Source: Camelus dromedarius
Taxonomy: Eukaryota
Reading direction: 5' to 3'
Length of the DNA: 64,000 nt
NCBI RefSeq assembly: GCF_036321535.1
Contig: NC_087450.1
Span: 45,446,001 to 45,510,000, forward strand
Made by a program: the position numbers and the translations under genes. Position 1 is the stretch's first letter. The number at the start of each line of letters is the position of its first letter. Positions 18,160-44,345 of the stretch are shown here, in pieces. Under the pieces are notes generated by a model that saw only the letters and a list, made by a program, of their open reading frames with translations, was not told where the DNA came from and ran no database searches.

Positions 18160-18660
18160 TAAATCTTACACTGGGAAGTGATGTAGACTTGGAAGAGAAG
18201 GCTGTGACTGCTTGGTGACTGCCTGGGTAGTGAGGGACCAGAAGAAGGGAGACACCAGAGAAGAAGATTCCAGAATTTGAGCCAGGATGGATAAGTCGAG
18301 AAGAGGAGCAGGTTTGAAGGAAAGAAAGATGGCTTTAGTTTGGGCATCTTGAGTTTAAGATGAGAGTAACATATCTTGATGGAAATAAACATCCAGGAGA
18401 TGGTTAGCAATGTGGTTTTTGATTCTGGGAACCATTTGCAGGGCAATAGTTGGCAGCCATGAGAATGGATGCCACCAAATCTTCAATGTGACTCTGAGTG
18501 ATCTGCCTCAGAGGTCCTATGGCGCAGAATATGATCCTGATGACTGGGAGAAATGTTGGTGAAAAGACAGGATGGTGAAAGTAAACACTGGAACCAACAG
18601 AAATGGAATTTTGTGGCTGTCCCTTAGAGGTGTGGGGATCAGCATGGAGGGAGACTTGAA
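18160..18660 (-). mobile_element. L2 fragment
   Basis: tttagtttgggcatcttgagttt...catccaggagatgg; degenerate. Confidence 0.5.
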
Positions 18661-20804
18661 GGTAATGGTCCTGGAAGATCCTGATTGAAAGTCGCTGACA
18701 GTGGAAGGCTGCAGCTTCGTCTCTGGTCTCCGCATCAGTTCTCGGCCCTGGCCCTGGCCCTGGCTCCGGCAAGGAGCCAACCCTCTTCCCCTCCAGGTTG
18801 CCCTGGCTGCTGCTGTGGGTTTGCTTTCTCTGCTTGTCCCCTTTTTCTCTCCCTTCAAGGGTCTCTGGCAACCTGAAAAGTCATCCTAGCCATCTTGTCA
18901 CTGCCCAGTTGTCACCCATTCCTTTGCCTGAACCCTTAAGTTGAAAAATCTGTTGTATTTTAAGTGTGTCAACTGAAATATGTTGGCTTTGACATATAAT
19001 TGCAGTAGGTTGCATTTCATTTAGTCCTGTGATTAGGAGCCAAGACTTAGGGGCTGACATGACGTTTATGAGATCTCAAAGAAATCAGTGACCCTGGGTT
19101 CACTGGGGAGGCCTGAGGTGCTGGGCGAACAGGCACAATGGAGACTAAGGTCAGAGAGAATGTCATGGTGGCGGTGGTGGGGGATGATAGGCAGCCACAG
19201 ATTTCCAAAGCAACTGGCAAGAGAATTCCTGAGACCAAAAAAGGCTGAGTCCCTGGGGCACTAGGACAAGATCTGGTTTATAACCTCTCCAAGACAGGAG
19301 ATTTCCAAGGGTCTAGTGCCAATGGGGAATCTTGGCTATACCAGGCAACTAACTCCTTGTCAACTATCACTGACTGAGCAATGAGGTCATGTGCAGGGGG
19401 CCAGGACAGCCAGGGGCACAAGCAGTAAGGAGCATTTCTATGTCTGTAGCCCTCTGTCAGAAGACTGAATACTGGAAGGAAAAAGGGGGACTAATATGAA
19501 TTGGGCCTTGGGTCATGCAAACCCAGATGGGAACTCAAGATTGTGGGGACTCTTGACCAAAAGTCCACTCATCCACAAATGTACACATTTTCCTTTTCCT
19601 TCCAATCCTTCCCACAGGTACTTTAGGAGCCAGCCTCCCTGGACTCGTGCCCAGTCCCCTTTTTCCAGGTCTTGTTGCTTTTTCACTCCTGAGCCTAATC
19701 CTGACCACATGTCTCCTCCTTGAAAATGTCATACTAATCAGAGATTAAGCTCCACATGTGTCTCCTGCACCCCCATATCCTCTCTCTCCCTTAATTCCCT
19801 CCAAGATGAGGCTTCGTCTGTCTCCTCTCCCACATTTTTCCACCCAAGCTTTTTTCAAGATTGCTAGTTCTTAGCTGAGTCTAGTTTAGTCCTGAAGACC
19901 ATTTTTAACTGGGTTAAAATGTTCCTCCAGGCACTCGGCCAAATGACCCATTCAAGGCTGATAAAGACTCCCTGACCTAGGCACAGGAAGTTCTGGGAGG
20001 GGAAGGACACTTATGGATGGTTCCAAAACAAATCCTTTTCCGCTTGGCCCTGACCCTAGGACAACCTATTGAGTTGACAGTCTGACACGGAATGTGAAAC
20101 AGGAAAGATCAGGTGACACTGTCTCTAACCATCTGTAGAAACTTGGTCAAATCAATTACCTTCTGGGCCTCAGTTTCCTTCTTTATAAAGTGACCTTCAG
20201 CTCTAACAGTCTAGCTTACTTTGCACCTGGGTCAGTTGGTTTCAGGACAGCCTTGGAAAGCTGAAGCACTTCCAAGGCCTTCCCTCACGTCATTTGTAGC
20301 CTAGAAAGTCTACTTTCCAGGGTCCAGTTCTGTTTCAACAGTAGATCTAAACGTCTGGTTGCACTTAGATCTGCTTCAAATTTCCAGGGGATCCAAAGCA
20401 TAATGTGTGTAATCCTTTAGACCTAGACCCTCATTCTCCTAGAGCAGAGCTGGAACAGACAGCTCACTGAGGGACACATGAGGGAGTACATGGCTGGGGT
20501 TTCACAGTTAATGTGGAGGGGACATAGGCTTGGGATTTTAAATAGGAAACCTCTGGGGAAAAACTGGGTGGGGGCTGGAGGATGAGTAAGTGGAGTCCAG
20601 GGGAATTACAGACTGCTAAAGGCAAAGACTGAGTTTAGGAGTCACTGGGTTGGAGCATGGAGAACAAACTGCTGATGGTCCTAGGCTGGGGAAGCCCCCT
20701 CCCGGCTAGTGCACCCTTAGCTCATAGTGCACACAGGCAGTAAGTCAGTCCCCTTACCCAGCTGTTCCAGCCCTATAGCAGCTCCTGTAGTTTTCTTTGG
20801 CTCA

Positions 20805-20960
20805 NNNNNNNNNNNNNNNNNNNNNNNNNNNNNNNNNNNNNNNNNNNNNNNNNNNNNNNNNNNNNNNNNNNNNNNNNNNNNNNNNNNNNNNNNNNNNNNN
20901 NNNNNNNNNNNNNNNNNNNNNNNNNNNNNNNNNNNNNNNNNNNNNNNNNNNNNNNNNNNN
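20805..20960. other. N gap (156 nt), intergenic
   Basis: Run of N. Confidence 1.
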
Positions 20961-21849
20961 TGAGGGGGGAGTAGGTTCTGGCTGGGCAGAGGGTTGTAGA
21001 GCCGGAGTGCCTCTCCCCTCACCAGAGACTCTAGGACATCTACCCACAGTTATCTTTCTTTTTTCTCCTCGGTGGCCCACTCTGCTTCTAACCCACACAA
21101 CCCCTCTTGCCAGTCCCAGCCCTTCCTCCCCTTCCCCCTCCCTCATATCCGTGGGTGATTTCCCACTTGGCCAAAGTCCCACGTTTTGGGTTTTGATTCC
21201 GGGAGGGTCCGCCCAATTTCCTACGCCTACCTCTAGGGGTGGGATGGAGGGAGGGAGTTCGGGTAAAGGAGGCACCGGTCAGATCACAGGCAGGATCGCT
21301 CTACTTGGCAGATGTGGGGCAGAAAGGCTGGCGCCGAGGAGAGGCACCCGGCCGCCCCAGCCCTGTCCCCATTCTGCGCCGCCTCTCATCCCTTTCTCCG
21401 CCGTCCCGGCCAGGGAGGGGACCCTGGGGGCGGGCGCAAAGGAAGCACCTGGCTGGGCCGGGAGGGGAAGCGAAGGGTGGGCAGCAGCGCGGGGCGCCGG
21501 GACAAAAAGGGGGACTGGAGTCTAGGGTCATGCCGAGCCTCCCACCAGGACCCGCCGCCGAACCCTTGCTGTAGCACACTCCTTGGCTCCCGGGAGGCGG
21601 CCACAGCACCACTAGCAGCGTTCTCCACCGCGCCAGCTGCAGCCAGCTGCGCCGCGCTGCGTTCAGGGCGCGCTTCCGCTGCCCGTCGGCCCCCTACGAC
21701 GGCCCGTCCCTCCACAGCCCCACCCGAGACCCCGCCCCTCGCGCGGGAGCAGGCGAGACGGCAGGGCTAGAGAGCCCGTACTGGCCGAGCCGCACGGCCG
21801 GAAGTGCCTGGTTTGCGACTGGGCTGGCGCTGCAAACTTCCGGTTCAGG

Positions 21850-21904
21850 TCTCCTACCTTGAGCTAGCGCACAGACCGCGTCGGAGCAGAGCGGAGCTGA
21901 TCAG
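21850..21904 (+). other. OST4: OST4 non-coding exon 1 (5' end approximate)
   Basis: Donor CAG|gtgaga at 21905, within a CpG island. Confidence 0.7.
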
Positions 21905-21939
21905 GTGAGAGGCACGCAGGCGCGGGCCACGGCCCATAG

Positions 21940-22140
<201 letters not shown>

Positions 22141-22781
22141 AAGTGGCGCTTTCTCCGCCCCAGGTAACGGTCCGGGGCTGTAGCGCCCAGCCCCCGGAGA
22201 GTGGAGTGGCGAGGCCGCGTCAGGGCCTGCAGGGTTCGAAACTTCAAATCAGAAAAGTGTTGGGCCAAGCATGTTAACAGCCCAGAACTGGGCCCCTTTG
22301 TCCGCACAGAGTAGGGAATGTCTTGCGGTGCCACCCCCCCCCCCCGTCTTAAACTGCTCCCTGCTACAACAGGGGTGGGTTCCCTAAACCCCCTCAGTCC
22401 CCATCTTCATATGGTCCCCAGATGACCAAGCTGGGAGTGTAGGTACAAGGAGGCACTGACATGCGAAGAAATAGACACTGAAGATGCCATACAAGTATGA
22501 AGATTTGGGTTCTTAAGTAGTCCTCACTTTTCCAAAGTTGTTTACGTTTTTATTTAGGCATAATTCTTTTGTGAGGGATTGTAAAGATAGATAATTTCCA
22601 TGCTCAGTGACAGGGGGCACTGATTTAGGGATTGGCTACTGCTGACCGAAGTCAAAGAAGAAGGGGGTGTGTGAGGGGGAGGAGTTGTGTGAAAGGTTTG
22701 GAAACCAACCGTAAGTGTGGGTCAGAACTGTAAAATTGTAGGGGGGAACAGGCTGGATGGGAGTTGATTCTTGAAAGATTA

Positions 22782-22921
22782 NNNNNNNNNNNNNNNNNNN
22801 NNNNNNNNNNNNNNNNNNNNNNNNNNNNNNNNNNNNNNNNNNNNNNNNNNNNNNNNNNNNNNNNNNNNNNNNNNNNNNNNNNNNNNNNNNNNNNNNNNNN
22901 NNNNNNNNNNNNNNNNNNNNN
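22782..22921. other. N gap (140 nt) covering the probable start of OST4 exon 3
   Basis: Run of N; OST4-like 3' UTR resumes at 22922. Confidence 1.
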
Positions 22922-22956
22922 ACAAAGCAACCACACCTGGATTTTCCCAAACAACT

Positions 22957-22962
22957 TTTATT
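22957..22962 (-). terminator. AGBL5 poly(A) signal AATAAA
   Basis: First minus-strand AATAAA I found after the stop at 23296. Confidence 0.75.
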
Positions 22963-23054
22963 TCCTCAAAGTCTTCCTTAACCCTATGGAACAAGAAGCT
23001 GCCACTGACTAGGGCCCAGTATAGGGGCTTCTTTCTTTTCTGCTCCCTCCCCTC

Positions 23055-23068
23055 AATATAAAAATATA
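23055..23068 (+). terminator. OST4 variant poly(A) signals (AATATA/TATAAA/AATATA)
   Basis: AATATAAAAATATA followed by a T/GT-rich element; no plus-strand AATAAA seen nearby. Confidence 0.6.
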
Positions 23069-23295
23069 GTTTTCTTTGTGGTCCCAAAATCTTGTGCTGT
23101 GGAGGGAGGGAAGGGGTGGCAAGTCCCTGCTTTGTCTGTCTCAGGGTGATGCTCTGCAATGCCTCAGAACACTGTGGCTGGTGTCCCAAGGAGTTATGGT
23201 TGTCACGTGGAATCAGCAGCTGAGGAACAAGACTAGCACATTTCTCAGTGTGTTCCCCATCTTGGGACTGTATCCTGGGCATGAAGGTCAAGACA

Positions 23296-39358
<16,063 letters not shown>

Positions 39359-40149
39359 CTACTCTCAGGGAGTGCCCTAAGAAGCAAGAAGCTCTTTCCC
39401 ATTAGAAAAAGTAGAAGTAGCCTTCCAGCAAAGGCCAAGAATAAGCAGTATTCTGTCCCCACAATAAGGGTTTTAACTGACCTAAAAGGACCCTATTTTA
39501 CTACAGCTTGTGTATTCCAAAATGAAGTACTCAGTGGCTTAAGTTTGTTGAAAAATACTGAGCTCTAAGCTTCTTTGCAGCCCAAAGATTACAGAATACA
39601 ATTAGAGAGGTCAGATTGCCCAAACCTAGCCAAGATACACCCACCACAGCACATGGCCAGCTTGAATGATGGATCATTCCGATCTCTGGTTCCTAGATGG
39701 GCTTCCCACTCTCCAGCCGAGCACAGCGGAGAGAACCAAGTTTCTAACTTTAAGTGGGCAGCTTCCTCTCTCCACTCCTTTGTCCTCACAAGTACTGACC
39801 ATTCTTCTGTTGCTCCCCTGAGCCCTGGAAGGTCTAGTACTTACTTTTTGTTACTACCCAACGGCTGCTATGGAAGAAAATTAGACAGGCGTGGCCTTGG
39901 CCAAGCCAAAGAAACCGGGCAGAGCCACTTGTTCACCTGGAGGCTGTAGCTCAATTCCAGTGAGGGTACTGGGTCTATTTCCATCCCCTCCCGTCATGTA
40001 AGCACTGAAGCCCCTGAAAAAGCTACCTTGGTAGTTGTTGAGTGGGTAATAGGTGTTCTAAGCACCCCTCAAAAAAGTGGCCAATAGAGACCCACTTGGG
40101 GGCAGGGGTGTGGCTTCTCGACCCTCAACTCTGAAGGACCCTCACACAC

Positions 40150-40900
40150 GGACCGAGCTCGCCCCGGGCAGGGTCCGGTTTGGAGGCATGGGGTGGGTCG
40201 GGGCAGCCCTCCTACACTCGAGGGAGGGTAGGAAGGCGGGGAGCAGGGGTCAGAGGTGGGGCCAACCGAAGTGGGGGTGGGGTCGGGGACAGCCCGGCCG
40301 AGGGGCAGGGTGGGGCAGCCGGGCGGTGGGGCGGGGTGGGATTCCAGAGGGGTTCCGGGCAGAAAGGGGCTGAGAAGGGGGCGGGGCCGGGCCGGCGGGG
40401 CCCGCACTCCACGCAGAGCCCCTCACCTCTCTCCGGGCCGGTGATCCCGCTCCCTCTCCCGCTAGCGAGGCGCCACCTGGGCCCCGGCACCCGGGCCCTC
40501 CGCCCAGGACCCAAACAAAACCCGAGCGCCGCGGTGCCGGGACCCCGCTCTGCCAGGAAACAAGAAGTCTCTCGCCTATTGGCCGCGGGGACAGCTGGCT
40601 ACCCGCCCAGTAAAGCTTGCTGCCATTGGTCAGCACGCCGGGGTTCCCTCGCACGTTTAGCGGGTACCTGATCCTGTGCGGCTTGGGGGCTCGGCCCCCA
40701 GGCCCGGCGTGAGGGCTTCACCCGCGTCTTCTCGGAAGACGGTTAACGGCCTGCCCACACAGAGGAGGAGAAGACAAAGTGAGCAAGGACATTGGAAAAG
40801 ACCCACCTGCAAAATAAAAGGACCGTGTGTAAAGCTAATCATTGGCTACCAAGCTTCTCTGTGTACTACAGCACACCCAACCGGTTCAGTAGCTCTCCCC
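40150..40900 (-). promoter_or_regulatory. AGBL5 CpG island promoter
   Basis: CpG-dense; minus-strand CCAAT boxes at 40578, 40625 and 40841; GC boxes. Confidence 0.7.
40668..40780 (-). other. AGBL5: AGBL5 non-coding exon 1 (5' end approximate)
   Basis: Donor CAG|gtaccc at 40667, within a CpG island. Confidence 0.6.
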
Positions 40901-40939
40901 AGGTTTGGGGATCCTACAATGCGAGGGGAAAAAACGAAG

Positions 40940-41012
40940 TGGAGGATGCGGGCATCGATCCCGCTACCTCTCGCATGCTAAGCGAGCGCTCTACCATTTG
41001 AGCTAATCCCCC
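40940..41012 (-). tRNA. tRNA-Ala (AGC)
   Basis: GGGGGATTAGCTCAAATGGTAGAGCGCTCGCTTAGCATGCGAGAGGTAGCGGGATCGATGCCCGCATCCTCCA (73 nt); T6 Pol III terminator at 40929-40934. Confidence 0.98.
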
Positions 41013-41348
41013 AGCTGGTGTCAGCTTCTTTTCCTTTGCCTTACAGGTTTTTCTGGGGTGTACGCTGACCATTGGACTCACCACAATACAGTACATTCAT
41101 TTACCGTGGGCAAGATTTTTTAAAGTACACATATAATAATTATATATATGCAATAATAAAGCTCTATTTAAAAGCACAGGTTAACATTCCTTTGCTTGTA
41201 ACCCACAACAGGTTACCTATGCCCTGACTACTTAACTGCATTATGTGTTTCACGGAACATTGGCGGTGCTCATGCAAATTAACAATGGACTTTCGTTGTA
41301 AAGCTTTCCTCCCATGAAAGGGAGGAAGGTTAAAAATTTCACGCGAAG

Positions 41349-41438
41349 TCCTTCGAGCCGGAATCGAACCAGCGACCTAAGGATTGCCAAGGTTTAGTAC
41401 ACTACAGTCCTCCGCTCTACCAACTGAGCTATCGAAGG
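41349..41438 (-). tRNA. tRNA-Tyr (GTA) with 17-nt intron (41385-41401)
   Basis: CCTTCGATAGCTCAGTTGGTAGAGCGGAGGACTGTAG-[TGTACTAAACCTTGGCA]-ATCCTTAGGTCGCTGGTTCGATTCCGGCTCGAAGGA; T5 terminator at 41332-41336. Confidence 0.98.
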
Positions 41439-42714
41439 CTCCGGCTTTTTAACAGGTCGGAGACTGCCCTCTAATACTTACTGAGGCCGTACTATTCCAG
41501 GGTCTCAGTAATTTGGGGGACTCCTGGTCTCCATCTTCAAAAGGAGCTCGCCTGAGCGGAGTTCCTCCAGTCTACCAAGAACAGAGGAAGCCGGAGACAG
41601 AAGTGAGAGCAAATGATGCTGCCAAAAGATCCACTTTCCAGCCCTGGTGGAGGGAAACACGGGCAATAAACTTCTCTTCTGTTTCCTTGCTTTTTACAAA
41701 ACGATACCCACAACCTCCACCCGCCGTGGCTACAGGAAAGGCGGACGCTTAGAGACGGCCCACAAGGCTAACTCTGGGCCGCGTTTCTCCAGCGGGGCCG
41801 GTACGCACACGAGCTCTACAATCGCCAAGCGCATGCCGGTTTGCAAGGCGGACGGCTTATTCTCTATCTCTGCTCCACATTTCCCTCCGTCATCTCCAGG
41901 GGCGCCAATAAAATCCTACTGCCCTCCTGATGTGAAGGACATTCATTTATTTAATTAACCCATACTTTGTCAGGATCTCTTCCTCCTATGAACAAGAAAG
42001 ATACAAACCACCGAGCTCCTGGAGGCGGGCCGGGCGGCGCAGGGCGCGGGTTGCCCCGGATTAGCGACTGCGGGCGGGGCCCTGGACCGGGCGGAGAGTC
42101 CCGGCAGCTGGCATCCACTCGGCCTCCGCTCTGCCCGCCTCACACCTGCATCTCTCTTTCCAGGCGCCTGGCATGCCAGTCGACAATACTTTGCCTACGA
42201 AATCTCCCGGGGTTTTAAAACAACAACAACAAAAAGCCTAAAACCCAACTCGTCTATGGAGCTTTGCCTCGCAGTGTGGCGGGGTGGGTGTGCGGGGACG
42301 CCTAGTCTCCATTGCCAGCTCTGCGGCAACCTCCTGTGCTACCTGGAGTCACAGTCGCCCTGGGCAGATCCAGATCGGACAGGGGATTCAAGCCCCTTGA
42401 AGCTCCAACGTTTTATGGGTTTTCTCAGCCTGAGCTTTGTTTGTTTGTTATTTCAGGCTGAGCTTTAAATCTGTTTTCTGTTGTCACAGAACGGGGTTCA
42501 TTCACAATTGCGTCCATCCACAAAGCAGGAGGTTAACATCTTCCCATTTATTTCTTGATTTAACTTCATTTCTGCTGCTGCAAATGCTACCATGTGTGCG
42601 AGAGCGTTAGCTTGGTATAGTTTTCTTGGAGCGGCGTTTAGCGCGCGCTCTATCTCACTCCTCTTTCTTGAGGGAGTCAGGGGTAGAAGAACATATTTAA
42701 TTGTTTTTGTTTGT

Positions 42715-43395
42715 TTGTTTGTTTTGAGTGAAAGTCACATAACACAGTTAACTAAAGTATGAACAATTCAGTGGCATTTAGTGCATTCACAATGTTGTAT
42801 AAACGATTACGTCTCTCTAGTTTCGAAACTTAAAAAAAAATCACCCTAGAACACTCTGTACCCTTTAAGTAATCACTCCCACCCCCACATCCCCCAGCCC
42901 CTGGCAACAACTAATCTGCTTTCTGTCTCTACGGATTTGCCTATTCTGGAGACTTCATATAAAGGAACTCATAAAATATGTGACATTTTGTATCTGATTT
43001 CTTTTATTTATCATAATGTTTTCGAGCTTCATCCAAATTGTAGCATGTATCAGTACTTCATCCCTTTTTACTGCTACATAATATTCCATTCCTTTGTTTA
43101 TCCATTCTTCTGTTGATAGATGTTTGGCCTATTTCCACATTTTGACTTCAATGAATAATACTGCTATAAACATTTGTGTTAAAGTGTGTAGATACACGTT
43201 TTCGTTTCTCTTGGGTATATTCCTAGAAATGGAATTGCTGAGTTCTATGCTAATTATATGTTTAACTCTTTGAGGAACCACCAAACTTTTCCACAGCAGT
43301 TGAACAAATTTACATTACCACCACCAATGTCAGAGGGTTCCAGTTTCTCCAGATCCTTGCCAACACTTTTTGTATTTTTTTATTATAGCTGATGT
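42715..43395 (-). mobile_element. L1MB-type 3' end
   Basis: acaattcagtggcatttagtgcattcacaatgttg...ccctggcaacaactaatctgctttctgtctct...tggaattgctgagttc; (TGTT)n tail near 42700-42722. Confidence 0.8.
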
Positions 43396-43569
43396 TTCAA
43401 TAAAGTGAACTCAATTAATAAGCATTTTCCTATGACATTAAAGATTCTTTGAAATCACAATTTGAATAGCCATTTGCCATCTTTTACTTTTTACCAAAAT
43501 TTATTGAAATATTCATCTTATTGTTGGACAGTTTAAATCCAAATTTTCACTATTATTACTGCTACAATA

Positions 43570-43990
43570 AATCTTCTTGCATATAAATCTTTGTCCTATT
43601 TCTGTTTACTTCTCTATTCTCTAGAATACAATCATAGGAGTGGAATTACTTGGTTAAACAGTATGAAACTTTTAAGGCTTTTGATAAATATTACCAGATT
43701 ACTTCCCAGAAACATTATACCAATTTCTATCATAGCATTCACTGAGAATAGCATCACTTAAAAAAAAAACAAACAAACAAAAAAAAAAACCTTTGTTAAC
43801 ATGATAGGCAACAGTAAGTAGCATCTTATTTTAAATTTGTACTTCTTCACCAATGAAATGAACTTTTCTTTTTCCAAGTCTATTGTTCATTTGCATTTCC
43901 TTTATGAATTGTCTTTTACCCGTATTTTTATTGTTGTTTAGTGCTTTTCTTACTGACTTGTAAGAGTTCTTTAACATTAAGAATGTATTT
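43570..43990 (-). mobile_element. Degenerate L1M (ME/MD-like) fragment
   Basis: ggagtggaattacttggttaaacagtatg...attaccagattacttcccagaa; AT-rich. Confidence 0.55.
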
Positions 43991-44005
43991 ATGTAAGCTC
44001 AGTAA

Positions 44006-44345
44006 AGAAGTGGAGCCTTGATGAACGTATCAACTAGACCAAACACACCTACACAGAACATTCCGCCTAACAGCAGCAGAATACACATTCTTCCCAAGTG
44101 TATACATGGAACATTCTCCAGAATAGTGCACGTTAGGTAACAAGTCTTAATAAATATTAAAAGATTGAAGTCATACAAAGTCTGATTAATGTAAACTATA
44201 GACTTCAGGTGATCATGACATGTCAGCATAGGGTCACTGATGTTGGCAGTGGGGGAAGTTGTACAAGTATAGAGCAAAGGGAGTGTACTTGCACAGTTTT
44301 GATGTGAACTTAAAACTGCTGTAAAAAATAAAATTTATTAAAAAA
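44006..44345 (+). mobile_element. Internally deleted L1 (ORF2 endonuclease fragment joined to an L1MC-like 3' end)
   Basis: cagcagaatacacattcttc...catggaacattctccagaatag, then aatgtaaactatagac...gtgaacttaaaactgctgtaaaaaataaa. Confidence 0.7.

Noticed and set aside
22233-22242. B-box-like GGTTCGAAAC in OST4 intron 2
   Set aside because: No proper A-box or cloverleaf, so not a tRNA; at most an isolated TFIIIC site.
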